NCBI GenBank assembly: GCA_040767195.1
Contig: JAXGPA010000001.1
Span: 704,001-768,000, forward strand
Source of the DNA: Syntrophales bacterium
GTDB lineage: Bacteria; Desulfobacterota; Syntrophia; Syntrophales; UBA6807
DNA: 64,000 nt
Direction: 5' to 3'
Translations under genes and position numbers: made by a program
The notes under the pieces: generated by a model
What the model was told of the DNA's origin: nothing
Databases searched by the model: none
What the model saw: the letters and a program-made list of their open reading frames with translations, nothing else
Shown: one piece after another, positions 41,273 to 51,055 of the stretch
Layout of the letters: the number at the start of each line of letters is the position of its first letter
Numbering within the stretch: position 1 is the first letter of the stretch

Positions 41273-41548
41273 CGCTTTTTTTCTTCTATTTCATATTTCC
41301 GGCAGGCAATGCCCGCTTTTTTAATATTATCAATTTTTATCCCGTCATTCCATAGATGCCTGACCATGAATCCCCGAAACCCGACTATCCCGGCTTTGAA
41401 CCCCGCCCCATCTGTCACGGACTGGCCACGCCGAGGCTGAAAGTTCGGTGAAACCGCTCAAGGCCGGATGCCTCATTGATTTACCGGGAAAAAGTCCTTA
41501 TGATTGTTCAGTGAACTCGGTTCAATTGTCAAAGGTAGCCCCAGCGCC

Positions 41549-43285
41549 ATGTTCCGTATACGCCAGATTTTCGACGACTCGATTCCTGTGAACAAGACAG
41601 CCATCGCCCAGGTCCAGGCGATTCTCCGGGTTCGGATTCCCGGTCTTCGGGAAGATGAGATAGCCAGCATTCCGGAGCGATTGAAAAATCCGCTGAAGCA
41701 CCGGTTCCGTTCCATTCTTTTCGTTGCCGAGGGCAGCAAGGGAAGCATCGAGGGGTTCGCTTTCCTTCTCCACGAACCGGACCTTGACTTCGCATTCCTC
41801 GATTATCTGTCCACGGCAAGACAGCTTTCCGGCCGCGGTTTGGGAGGGGCCCTCTACGAAAGAACCCGGTTTCACGCCGTCGAATCGGGGTGCCGGGGGC
41901 TCTTTTTCGAGTGCCTTCCCGACGACCCCCGGCTCAGCCCGGATCCCGGGATACTGAAACAGAACATCACCCGGCTGAAATTCTATGAACGCTACGGCGC
42001 CCGGCCCGTTGCCGGGACGGCCTACGAAACCCCTCTCCGTCAGGGGGACGACAACCCGCCCTATCTGGTCCTCGATCCCCTGGGGCGGGAAGGAACCGTT
42101 TCCAGGTCCCATGCCCGGGAAATCGTCCGGGCGATCCTGGAGCGGAAATACGGAGACCTCTGTCCGGCGGGCTACATTGAAAAAGTGGTTGCGTCCTTCC
42201 AGGATGACCCCGTCCGTCTTCGTCCGCCCCGATATGTCCGCACGGTACCGCTCGCCGTATCCAGGACCATCCCCGACGATCGGAAAATCATCCTCATCGT
42301 GAACGACCGGCACGACATTCATCACATCAGGGAGCGGGGTTACGTGGAAGCGCCGGTTCGTATCCCAACCATCCTGAAAGAGATCGAGCCGACCCGTCTT
42401 TTCAAAACGGTCCCGGTTCGTCATTTTTCGGAAAAGCACATCCGCCAGGTCCACGACTCCCGTTTTTACGAATACTTCAAGAAAGTGTGCGAATCCCTGG
42501 AACCGGGCCGATCCCTCTATCCCTATGTTTTCCCCATCCGGAACGCCGCGAAACCTCCCAGGGAACTCCCCGTCCGGGCGGGATACTATTGCATCGACAC
42601 GTTCACGCCCCTCAACCGGAACGCGTACCTGGCCGCCAAGAGGGCCGTGGACTGCGCTCTCACCGGGGCGTCCCGGATCCTTGAAGGAAACAGGATCGCC
42701 TACGCCCTGGTCCGTCCCCCGGGACATCATGCCGAACGTTGCGCTTTCGGAGGGTTCTGTTACTTCAACGCCGCCGCCGTCGCCGCCCATTATCTCAGCC
42801 CCTTCGGAAAAGTGGCCATCCTCGATCTGGACTATCACCACGGGAACGGCCAGCAGGACATTTTCTACGAGCGTTCCGACGTTCTCACCATTTCCATTCA
42901 CGGCCACCCCCGGTTCGCCTATCCTTATTTCAGCGGTTTCGAGGATGAAAAAGGCTCGGGGGCCGGCGCCGGCTTCAATGTGAACTTTCCCCTCCCGGAA
43001 AAGACAGACGGGGAAAAATATCGGGAGATCCTGGAAAAAGCTTTGAAAGTCGTTCGAAAATTCGATCCCGATTTTCTCGTTGTCGCCCTGGGGCTGGATA
43101 CGGCCCGGGGGGATCCCACGGGCACGTGGTCTCTGCAATCCCGGGATTTCGAGATAAACGGGAAGATGATCGGCCGCCTGCACCTGCCCACCCTGATCGT
43201 CCAGGAAGGCGGCTACAACTCGAGAAATTTAGGCGTTAACGCACGGCACTTTTTTCTGGGCCTCTGGAGTGCCATGAACCCCTGA
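41549..43285 (+). CDS. GNAT-like acetyltransferase fused to HDAC/acetylpolyamine amidohydrolase domain
   Basis: N-terminal SGRGLGGALY and RLKFYERYG; C-terminal RPPGHHA, GFCYFN, DLDYHHGNG, GLD, QEGGY. Confidence 0.88.
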   Translation: MFRIRQIFDDSIPVNKTAIAQVQAILRVRIPGLREDEIASIPERLKNPLKHRFRSILFVAEGSKGSIEGFAFLLHEPDLDFAFLDYLSTARQLSGRGLGGALYERTRFHAVESGCRGLFFECLPDDPRLSPDPGILKQNITRLKFYERYGARPVAGTAYETPLRQGDDNPPYLVLDPLGREGTVSRSHAREIVRAILERKYGDLCPAGYIEKVVASFQDDPVRLRPPRYVRTVPLAVSRTIPDDRKIILIVNDRHDIHHIRERGYVEAPVRIPTILKEIEPTRLFKTVPVRHFSEKHIRQVHDSRFYEYFKKVCESLEPGRSLYPYVFPIRNAAKPPRELPVRAGYYCIDTFTPLNRNAYLAAKRAVDCALTGASRILEGNRIAYALVRPPGHHAERCAFGGFCYFNAAAVAAHYLSPFGKVAILDLDYHHGNGQQDIFYERSDVLTISIHGHPRFAYPYFSGFEDEKGSGAGAGFNVNFPLPEKTDGEKYREILEKALKVVRKFDPDFLVVALGLDTARGDPTGTWSLQSRDFEINGKMIGRLHLPTLIVQEGGYNSRNLGVNARHFFLGLWSAMNP

Positions 43286-43348
43286 AGATTTCGAAAGGCG
43301 ACGGAAACGGGGCCTGTTTCGTGAAGGGGTCATAAAAAAGGAGACGGG

Positions 43349-43771
43349 ATGATGAAAACGAGAATCCACGTAAGCAACCGGCTTGTCAAGGGCGCGGACC
43401 TGAACCACCACGGAACCCTTTTCGCCGGCCGGGGGGCCGAGTGGTTCGTCGAATCCGGCTTTATCGCCGCGGCCGGCCTGACATCCGCTCACCGCATTCT
43501 GTGTGTGAACATTCACGGCATGGTCTTCAAGAAACCCGTGCCGCCGGGCAGTGTCCTCCGGTACACGAGCCGGGTCGTCTATGCCGGCAGAACCCGTCTC
43601 GTCTCCCACGTGAGAGTTTTTCTCGACAAGGAAGAGGCATTTCTCCTGGAAGGATTTTTGAGTTTCGTTCATGTGGACGATCAGGGCCGGCCTTCTCCCC
43701 ACGGCGTTGTCATCGATTATGAAACCCCGGAGGATGTCGACACCCTTGAAAAGGTCAGACGCCTTCTGTAA
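43349..43771 (+). CDS. hotdog-fold acyl-CoA thioesterase
   Basis: DLNHHGTLFAG, FKKPV, FVHVD..GRP. Confidence 0.88.
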   Translation: MMKTRIHVSNRLVKGADLNHHGTLFAGRGAEWFVESGFIAAAGLTSAHRILCVNIHGMVFKKPVPPGSVLRYTSRVVYAGRTRLVSHVRVFLDKEEAFLLEGFLSFVHVDDQGRPSPHGVVIDYETPEDVDTLEKVRRLL

Positions 43772-43914
43772 TATTTTCTTCCGTCAGTTGATTTTGCGCC
43801 GGATAATTCGTATGCTGTAAGCGATAAAGCCGCACGCGCCGAGGGACCCCCGGGCGAAGCCGCCGGGCGGTTTTTCACGACCGGGGCATGGAGGGCGGCT
43901 TTGAGGAGACCGTC

Positions 43915-44670
43915 ATGAAGATTTACGGATTCGTTCTCGCCCTTGTTCTTCTTCTCGCCGTTTTTGCTTCGCCGGCGGCGGCTGAAGAAGGAAATGCAGC
44001 GGTGGCCAGGCAAGCCACCCGGGCCGCCGATACATCATTGACTATGGATGAGCGCATCCAGGCCGTTCAGACCCTGGGCCGATCCGGGGACGGCCGGGCG
44101 GCGGCCCCGCTTCTGGGAATCCTGAAAGACCCGTCGGAAGAGCCGGGCCTTCGGGCCTGCGCCGCCCGGGCCCTGGCAAAACTCGACACGGCCCGGCCGG
44201 AAGTCCTGGCCGCCCTGGAGTCGGCCTACCGGGAAACGGCCGCCGAAGACAATCTCCGCTACACCGTCCTTCAGACCCTGGGAGACCTGAAGGCCCTCGA
44301 GGCCTTGGCACTCCTCCAGGAAGCCCTGGAAGACCCCGATGACACGGTCCGCTTCAAGGCCGCCCAGGCCCTGGGGGAACTGAACGACCCGGAGGCCGTG
44401 AAGCTCCTCATGGGACGATACGACCAGGAGCCCGATAAAACCGTTCGGGCGGAAATCATCCGGGCCCTGGGCAGGCTTCGGGACCCGGCTCTCGAACCGT
44501 TCCTCGCCGGCGCGCTCCTGAAAGACGAAGAGGCCCTGGTGCGGTGGAATGCCGCCCTGATGCTCCAGGGGTACGACGAACTCGGACCGGAGGCCCGGGA
44601 GGCCCTCGCTGTGGCGGCACGCGATCCGTCCCCCATGGTCCGCCAGGCGGCGTCGGGAGGTGCCCCATGA
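43915..44670 (+). CDS. secreted HEAT/PBS-lyase repeat protein
   Basis: signal peptide (AAA-E); repeated VRxxAAxALG units. Confidence 0.88.
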   Translation: MKIYGFVLALVLLLAVFASPAAAEEGNAAVARQATRAADTSLTMDERIQAVQTLGRSGDGRAAAPLLGILKDPSEEPGLRACAARALAKLDTARPEVLAALESAYRETAAEDNLRYTVLQTLGDLKALEALALLQEALEDPDDTVRFKAAQALGELNDPEAVKLLMGRYDQEPDKTVRAEIIRALGRLRDPALEPFLAGALLKDEEALVRWNAALMLQGYDELGPEAREALAVAARDPSPMVRQAASGGAP

Positions 44671-45587
44671 AACGGGTCTGCCTTTTCATCATCCTTGTAC
44701 TTCTGACCTCGGCAGGCACCGCCTTTTCCCTGGAAAAGGGAGCCCTTCTCTACCACTCGAGCCAGGGAGACACGCTCTACGGGCGGACGGATGCTCTCGT
44801 CCTCCCCTGCTCCCCCATCGACGCTTTTTACGGCGCCCTGACTTCAGGCCACGCCGGCCTGTACATTGGCGGCGGCGAGATCATTCACGCCATAAGAGAC
44901 GGTGTCGTGGAGGCGCCTTCCGAAAATTTCCTCACCCGGGAGGATCTCGAAAAGGGATGCCTGTACATCGGCGCCAAGCTTCCCGTGAACTATGGCGACC
45001 CGGTGGTGTGGCCCCCGGAACGAAAGGATCAGATCGTCGTCATCGCCCGGGAACAGCTGGGAAAAGATTACGACTTCACCTTCCATCGCCAGAAAGGCAA
45101 CGGGTCGGGAGACTTCACCTGCGTTGGATTCGTGGAATATGTTTACGAGGAAGTGGGTTACGATGTCACCCCCGGGGGATACTATGCCACCGGGGCCGGC
45201 GGCAAGACCTACGCCCAGACGTACAACTGCGCCGAAACCCTTTTCCAGGACTGGACGGGAATAAATTCCTTCACGGAGAAGGTCGAGTTCTCCCGGGTCC
45301 AGCATCCCCTCACAACGGTCCTGAAAATCCCCCTGGGACGGGAGTATGAAGGGGAACGATACATCTTCTTCCCCTACAGTCAGTATCGTCAGTCCACAAC
45401 GGTCGCCGTTCCCACGGACATTCCCGTTTCCGGGGGCGCTTCAGGTTCCGGGGGAGGCGGCTCCTGTTTCATCGCCACGGTTTCCCCGGACCGGACCGCA
45501 TCCCTGGCCCTTCTGATCCTTGTCTTTTCCCTGGCTGGCTTCCTCGTTGTTTTGTACCGGTCCCGAAGGTCCGGCAACGGTTCATAA
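44667..45587 (+). CDS. secreted permuted NlpC/P60 (YiiX/YebB-like) enzyme with C-terminal Gly-rich CFIAT + TM anchor
   Basis: His before Cys: GHAGLYIG..IIHA ... GKDYDF..FTCVGFVEYVY; ATGA overlap with the HEAT gene. Confidence 0.75.
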   Translation: MKRVCLFIILVLLTSAGTAFSLEKGALLYHSSQGDTLYGRTDALVLPCSPIDAFYGALTSGHAGLYIGGGEIIHAIRDGVVEAPSENFLTREDLEKGCLYIGAKLPVNYGDPVVWPPERKDQIVVIAREQLGKDYDFTFHRQKGNGSGDFTCVGFVEYVYEEVGYDVTPGGYYATGAGGKTYAQTYNCAETLFQDWTGINSFTEKVEFSRVQHPLTTVLKIPLGREYEGERYIFFPYSQYRQSTTVAVPTDIPVSGGASGSGGGGSCFIATVSPDRTASLALLILVFSLAGFLVVLYRSRRSGNGS

Positions 45588-45622
45588 ATAAGGCCCTTTT
45601 CGAGGGAAAAGCCAAACCCTGC

Positions 45623-45663
45623 AAAAAGCCGGGATCCCTGAATGGCTGGAATCCCGGCTTTTT
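45623..45663. terminator. bidirectional rho-independent terminator
   Basis: AAAAAGCCGGGAT...ATCCCGGCTTTTT between convergent genes. Confidence 0.8.
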
Positions 45664-45739
45664 CGTTCAGCCCCCGACCGTCAACCTGTATGGTCCTTAT
45701 TTTCGGACCTTGGATAACGTTGAAAATTGTCCTTTTTCG

Positions 45740-45861
45740 GATCGCTTCGTAAAAAATCCCTTAAAGCAGGCCGCTTGAATTCGGACAAATCCGCCGTACC
45801 CTTCGATGCGCCCTTGCTACGGGGGACGTAGGGCCCCGGTATGGGGAATTTTCACGGCGTC
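45740..45861. repeat. degenerate copy of the ~125-bp inverted-repeat element
   Basis: GATCGCTTCGTAAAAAATCC...GGAATTTTCACGGCGTC; interior aligns by eye with 59743-59868. Confidence 0.6.
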
Positions 45862-45862
45862 T

Positions 45863-46081
45863 TCATCTTTTCCGGATGACCATCCTGTACCCGTCGTCCT
45901 CCGGGCTTACGGAAACCATTTCCCAGCCCTGGCTGGAAGCCGCCCGGGAGACGTTTTCCCTGGACGTTTCGGTGTCAACGAGGACCTCCAGTTCGGTTTC
46001 CTTCCCCGCACGAATGGCGTTAAGCGCCAGGATGACCGGCTGGGGGCAGGACAGACCTCTCGCATCGACAATCTTGCTCAT
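45863..46081 (-). CDS. TusA/SirA-like sulfur/selenium carrier (YedF-like)
   Basis: VDARGLSCPQPV motif; follows YedE. Confidence 0.9.
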   Translation of the reverse strand: MSKIVDARGLSCPQPVILALNAIRAGKETELEVLVDTETSRENVSRAASSQGWEMVSVSPEDDGYRMVIRKR

Positions 46082-46093
46082 GGCGTGCCTCCC

Positions 46094-47188
46094 TTAAGAT
46101 ATTTTCCGCCGCATGGTGAAACCGATGAAAAGACAGGCGGCAAAGCCGACGATCACCGACGCGACACCGTGGGGACCCACACCGGCGGGCGAACTGGCCA
46201 GGCCGAAATTGTGGGCGACGGCCGCCCCGGTAATCATGCCCAGGACGAAGACGGCGGCATCCCCGTCCCCCTCGCCGGCCAGGAACAGCTGTCGACCCGG
46301 ACACCCCCCGGCAAGAGCAAAAGCGAGGCCCGCCAGGGCCATCCCCAGAAAATTCCAGAGTTGCATGGTGTGGGCCACCGGCTGGCCGGCAAAACCGGGA
46401 TGAAACTGCCTGAAAACGAGATTCGTTACAAAGGCCGCCGCAATGAGGGCGACAAAGCCGGATAGAAGATGGGTTTGCCGGAACAGAATGAAATCCCGAA
46501 TGGCGCCCATGGTGCAGAATCGGCTTCTCTGGGCGACAAAACCGACGACCAGGCCGATCCCCAGGGAAACAGCCAGGGACGCGTGCATCGCCCCGGGACC
46601 CTTTAGGCTGTAAAAGAGAACCCCGCTTTTCTCCTGTCCTTCCAGGGGAGGGAAAAGGACCCTGAGAGTCAGAAGGCCCACGATGATGAGGGGAAACATC
46701 CATCCCGCCGCCGTGTAGGACGCATTGTTCCGTCCCAGGCTGTATCCGCCCCGGAGAAAAAGGGTTCCCAGCCAGATCCCGCCGATGAGGCCGAGAAGGC
46801 CGAATACGGCGCTTCCGTCCCCGCCGGCAAGACGCAGGGCCGCCCGCCAGGGACAGCCGAGGAAGACCAGGGCACCGATCATGGCGAAGACGCCCAGGAC
46901 GAACCGGACCACCGGGGCCGATCCCATGCGGGGCCGGAATTCCCGGAACAGATAGGCGGCGCCGAGCGATCCCAGGACAAAACCGAAGATTTCCGGCCTC
47001 AGGTACTGGACCACGGCGGCCCGGTGAAGCCCCAGTCCGCCGGCAATGTCGCGCTCGAAACAGGCGACACAGATACCCATGTTCCCGGGATTTCCCAGTT
47101 TCTGGAGCAGGGAAGCAAGGATCCCGATCAGCACCCCGACCCCCACAATTCCCCAACGCGTGGAAAACAGATTTTTCAGACCTTCCAT
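46094..47188 (-). CDS. YedE family putative selenium/sulfur transporter
   Basis: GNPGNMGICVACFERDIAG, GCPWR, RSRFCTMG, GGCPGRQL. Confidence 0.9.
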   Translation of the reverse strand: MEGLKNLFSTRWGIVGVGVLIGILASLLQKLGNPGNMGICVACFERDIAGGLGLHRAAVVQYLRPEIFGFVLGSLGAAYLFREFRPRMGSAPVVRFVLGVFAMIGALVFLGCPWRAALRLAGGDGSAVFGLLGLIGGIWLGTLFLRGGYSLGRNNASYTAAGWMFPLIIVGLLTLRVLFPPLEGQEKSGVLFYSLKGPGAMHASLAVSLGIGLVVGFVAQRSRFCTMGAIRDFILFRQTHLLSGFVALIAAAFVTNLVFRQFHPGFAGQPVAHTMQLWNFLGMALAGLAFALAGGCPGRQLFLAGEGDGDAAVFVLGMITGAAVAHNFGLASSPAGVGPHGVASVIVGFAACLFIGFTMRRKIS

Positions 47189-47309
47189 TCTTTCCTCCTC
47201 CCGGCCAAACAGCGGTTTCGACAACCTGCTTATGGTTTGCCACCGGGGGATATAAATGGAGTTTTATTTATAAGTCAAATTCTAAATATGAATAATAGTC
47301 GGGAAGGTT

Positions 47310-47999
47310 TCAAAAATCGGAGGGTGGCGGAGCGCCGAGGTCATCGAGAACGGCCATGAAATCCCGCCCCGGGGGACAGGAAACCGCAAAGGCTTCCTTT
47401 CCGCCCCAGGGAAAGACCAGTTTCAAGGCATGAAGCATGAGCCGGGAAACGCCGCCCACGGGAAAGCCGCTCCCGTAGCGTGTTTCTCCCAGGAGGGGAT
47501 GTCCCAGGGAGTACAGGTGGACCCGGATCTGGTGGCGCCTCCCCGTGAACGGTTCCGCCTCGACCCAGGCCGCCCCGGGGAACCCCTTCCGGACCCGGTA
47601 CCGGGTTTCCGAGGGTTTCCCGCGCCCGTCCACGCCCATCCGTCCGGAACCGAACGCATGAATGGGGCTCGTAATGACACCGTCCCCGGCCATCTCCCCC
47701 TGCACGACCGCCCAGTAGGTTTTACGAACCCGTCTTCCGGCAAAAAGCCCGGACAGGTACCGGTGGCTTTCCCGATCCCGGGCAAAAAGAACGACACCGC
47801 TTGCCTCCCTGTCGAGACGGTGAACAATGAAGAGCTTCTCCTTCCGTTCCCGCGACAGGCGATCCACCAGGGATTCGCCGCTCGAACCCCGTCCGGGGAT
47901 GACAAGATCGCCGGCGGTCTTGGAAACGGCCAGAATCCCCTGGTCTTCAAAGAGGATTTCCGATTCCGTACCGGGTTCAGGCGTCGAAATAGTTTTCAT
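47310..47999 (-). CDS. RluA-family pseudouridine synthase
   Basis: VHRLDREASG, TGRRHQIRVH, LMLHA. Confidence 0.93.
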   Translation of the reverse strand: MKTISTPEPGTESEILFEDQGILAVSKTAGDLVIPGRGSSGESLVDRLSRERKEKLFIVHRLDREASGVVLFARDRESHRYLSGLFAGRRVRKTYWAVVQGEMAGDGVITSPIHAFGSGRMGVDGRGKPSETRYRVRKGFPGAAWVEAEPFTGRRHQIRVHLYSLGHPLLGETRYGSGFPVGGVSRLMLHALKLVFPWGGKEAFAVSCPPGRDFMAVLDDLGAPPPSDF

Positions 48000-49410
48000 G
48001 GCCTGCCTGCCGGATTTTTCGGTTTACCGCCTCCCGGTCCTTCAGATAAAGTCCCCGGGATTTCATCCGCTCAAAATACACGGATCCCGAAAAGGTGTAT
48101 GGATGGGAAATTGTCCGGCCCTTTACCATTTCTTCTGTCGAAAACCGGACCATATCCCCCACGGCAAGATCACCGGGAAGCTCCACGGACTGAAGACGGC
48201 GGGCGACCCTGGCGGCATTGAATCCCGCCAGGGTTCCCGTGACGATGGCTTCCGTATGACCGAGGAGACCGGCCTTTTCCCCGCAGCAGAAAAGATTCCC
48301 GGCCCCCTGGACGGCCATTTTTTCATCCCGGGGCGACAGGGCGAGAAATCGCACCGAATTGGCGCGGCTTCCCCCGGCAGGCGACAGGAACCGGGCCTTT
48401 TCCAATCCGGGAATTCTGTTGAGGGACGGAAGGTCGAAGTAGGAAACCATGGCCTTCACATGACCGGTATCCAGGAGAATGAGATTTTCGGAAAATTCAG
48501 GCAACGCGTATTGCCGGCATACCTTCGCCGAAAGGGAGCCCTTCACCGCTGGCCCTCCTTGCGTCCGCGTCCATGTGACGCTCGCAAAGGACAGGAGATC
48601 GTCGAGAAATCGTCCCCGGGAACCTGTCATTCCTTCCATCGGAGAAAGCAGCCGATGAAATCCCGTTCCCTCTCTTTTCTTTTCCCTGACGGCATCGGCC
48701 AGGCCGGACTCTTTCAGTTCTGGAGGAAGGGGGACAATCGCGGCGCCGGAGCGATCCAGTTCGTCCCGCAACCCCGCCGACAGAGACTCCCGAAGAAAAT
48801 GACAGGAGCCGCTCAAGGCTCCCACGCCGCCATCCGGCCGGACGTGCCGTTTTTCCCGGATGCCCGCCAGGGCGGTGAGGCTGACCCGGCCTCCGAAAGA
48901 GGGACAGCGAAGAACGCACATGGCGCACCCGGAACCGTGGACGGTGCATCGCCACAAGGGGCCCGCCGTTCCCGTCGCGTCGACGAAGGCATCCCCCACG
49001 AAGGAAAGGCCCTCCTCCCCGAGAACGGCCAGGATACGATCCCCTTTCTTTTTCACCCGGACGATCCGGCTGTTCCAGGAAATAACGATGCCCCGATCCT
49101 CCAGGAGTGACCGGAGGTCTTTTTCCACGGCAGCCATCTCACACAGGCTGGCGTGTTCGTGGCCGGGGAAACGGACCTGTCGATGACGGGCATGTCGGTC
49201 GCACAGCTCGAAGAGCTCCCCGGCACCGAGACCCATCATCTCCTCCGCCGCCGTCTGCCGGCCGTTGTTCCTGAAAATGCCCCCTGCGAGTCCCGTTCCG
49301 AGGAGAAGATCGGTCCGCTCGACGAGGATGACCTCGGCCCCTTTCCGGCGGGCCATGAGGGCTGCCGCGCAGCCGCCCCACCCCCCCCCGACAACAACAA
49401 CGGTCGCCAT
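47977..49410 (-). CDS. GidA/TrmFO-related FAD-dependent oxidoreductase with Cys cluster
   Basis: VVGGGWGGCAAA, VDATGTAG, GCAMCVLRC, NLFCCGEKAG..GHTEAIVTG. Confidence 0.85.
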   Translation of the reverse strand: MATVVVVGGGWGGCAAALMARRKGAEVILVERTDLLLGTGLAGGIFRNNGRQTAAEEMMGLGAGELFELCDRHARHRQVRFPGHEHASLCEMAAVEKDLRSLLEDRGIVISWNSRIVRVKKKGDRILAVLGEEGLSFVGDAFVDATGTAGPLWRCTVHGSGCAMCVLRCPSFGGRVSLTALAGIREKRHVRPDGGVGALSGSCHFLRESLSAGLRDELDRSGAAIVPLPPELKESGLADAVREKKREGTGFHRLLSPMEGMTGSRGRFLDDLLSFASVTWTRTQGGPAVKGSLSAKVCRQYALPEFSENLILLDTGHVKAMVSYFDLPSLNRIPGLEKARFLSPAGGSRANSVRFLALSPRDEKMAVQGAGNLFCCGEKAGLLGHTEAIVTGTLAGFNAARVARRLQSVELPGDLAVGDMVRFSTEEMVKGRTISHPYTFSGSVYFERMKSRGLYLKDREAVNRKIRQAGHENYFDA

Positions 49411-49530
49411 CTTTTTTCCTTTTCTACACAATGTAAATTACGACTTGTTTATCTACCTTCCGGCTGCCGTGAAGGCCGGTACGTCGTCACCATTAGTCGT
49501 CCCAAAAGATCCCGAGGAAAACGTGAGAAT

Positions 49531-50988
49531 TCAGTAGTAATAGGACAAGCCTTCGGGAATGACTTCGCTTTCGAAAATGGTATGCCATTTTTCCCCTTCC
49601 ATCCCTTCATCCCGCCCCGGCGGTGTCCCTTCCCGGAGATCCCGGCCCACCTCTGAAGAGGCTGCGTCGCCGCCCAGGAAACGGCCCTTGAAGAAATCGA
49701 TTTCCCGGGGTGACAGGGGGATATCCCGGGCGACGGTGTTCCGTTCGATCACCACGGACCTCTTCCTCGTGAGGGTAACGTCGTGATACGGATTCCGGTA
49801 GGTGACCGAGGGGTGGAGGGAACAGGCCGTGTAGGACACTTTCACGGTGCCGCCGGAAAAATCCCGTCGGGACAGGACAGGGCCCGAAAAAAGAAGGCGA
49901 TTCTTCCCCGACAGGGTCCAGGAACCGGGGGCCGCCTCATCGGCCTCGAGTTCCCCGGCGATCCGGCCAATGTATTCCGGGGACCCTTCAACGGAAAAGC
50001 TCCTGATAAGCCCCGCCTCGGTGATGTCTTCCCAGGGCTTCCGGATGAGCCGGGCGTTTCTCCGTCTCGCCCCGGCGGTCTGAAAACGGCTCCGGTAGAC
50101 GGAAGAACAGTAATTCACGGGGAAATCGATTCCCTTTTCCCGAAGGCCCGCCAGAAGCCGAAGCGCCGTGAGTTCCGATTCCAGGACAGCCACCCGGGGA
50201 CCGTGAAGGAGCGTGTAGTTCCGGGCCAGGAGCTGTCTCCCGTTGTAGGGCGTGCAGCGGATCTGGTGAAGATTGAGATGGGTCACCCCCGAACGGGCCA
50301 TCTCCAGGATCTTCTCTTTCAAAAGATCTTCTTTTTCCGGAACGGCGGGGATTTCCACCGTCACGACCGGAATGATTCCCACGGCTTCCCGGACCGGTTC
50401 GAGGCGATAGTTCCCGGCGCCGATGTTGAAGCGCACCTCGTCCACGCCCGCATCCCGGAGACGGCCCAGGTTTTCCCGGTTCGTCAGAAGACCGTTGGTG
50501 TAAAGCCAGATGTAAAGGGACGTATCGAAGTGTCTTCGGATCTTTGTCACGAACGCCAGGGTCCGGTCCAGGGTGAGGAGGGGTTCGCCGCCGCTGACGC
50601 TCATGCCCCGGAACCCGAATTTTTCCAGATAGGCGATGTATTCCCGGGGTTCGGGAAAGGACAGGGTGCCGGTCATGGGAACGTCCCGGCTCTTCTGCTC
50701 CGTGGGACAGTAAAAACAGTGTCCGTTGCAGACACCGTTTATGAAAAGGCAGGACCAGGCCCCCTCCCCGCAGAGCCGGCAGCCCGGGGAAAGGTTCCTC
50801 ATGTCCACCTTGGTCCCCCGGAAACCGAAGACCGCGTGGTTTTTGAGCATTTCCAGAAGGCGCTGCCGCTCCTCCCGGGCCTGTTCCGCCGTCTTCGGAT
50901 TCACCCACGGGAGTTCTTCATAGAGAGGGCCGAGGTCCCGGCGATTCGCCTCCCTGACGGCCGGACGGTCATATTCGAAAAGGCTCAT
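49531..50988 (-). CDS. radical SAM protein (COG2108-like)
   Basis: CNGHCFYC, SGGEP, LYTNG, DEVRF, additional GCRLC motif. Confidence 0.9.
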   Translation of the reverse strand: MSLFEYDRPAVREANRRDLGPLYEELPWVNPKTAEQAREERQRLLEMLKNHAVFGFRGTKVDMRNLSPGCRLCGEGAWSCLFINGVCNGHCFYCPTEQKSRDVPMTGTLSFPEPREYIAYLEKFGFRGMSVSGGEPLLTLDRTLAFVTKIRRHFDTSLYIWLYTNGLLTNRENLGRLRDAGVDEVRFNIGAGNYRLEPVREAVGIIPVVTVEIPAVPEKEDLLKEKILEMARSGVTHLNLHQIRCTPYNGRQLLARNYTLLHGPRVAVLESELTALRLLAGLREKGIDFPVNYCSSVYRSRFQTAGARRRNARLIRKPWEDITEAGLIRSFSVEGSPEYIGRIAGELEADEAAPGSWTLSGKNRLLFSGPVLSRRDFSGGTVKVSYTACSLHPSVTYRNPYHDVTLTRKRSVVIERNTVARDIPLSPREIDFFKGRFLGGDAASSEVGRDLREGTPPGRDEGMEGEKWHTIFESEVIPEGLSYYY

Positions 50989-51055
50989 GTCACCGCTCTT
51001 GAAACGCCTTATGGGATGACTTGTCAAAAATCCCTGATTTGAAAATCTTCGTGTC

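Noticed and set aside
41410..41475. glycine-riboswitch-like words (CGCCGAGG...AAACCGCTCAAGG)
   Set aside because: No GGAGA element and poor fit to the consensus
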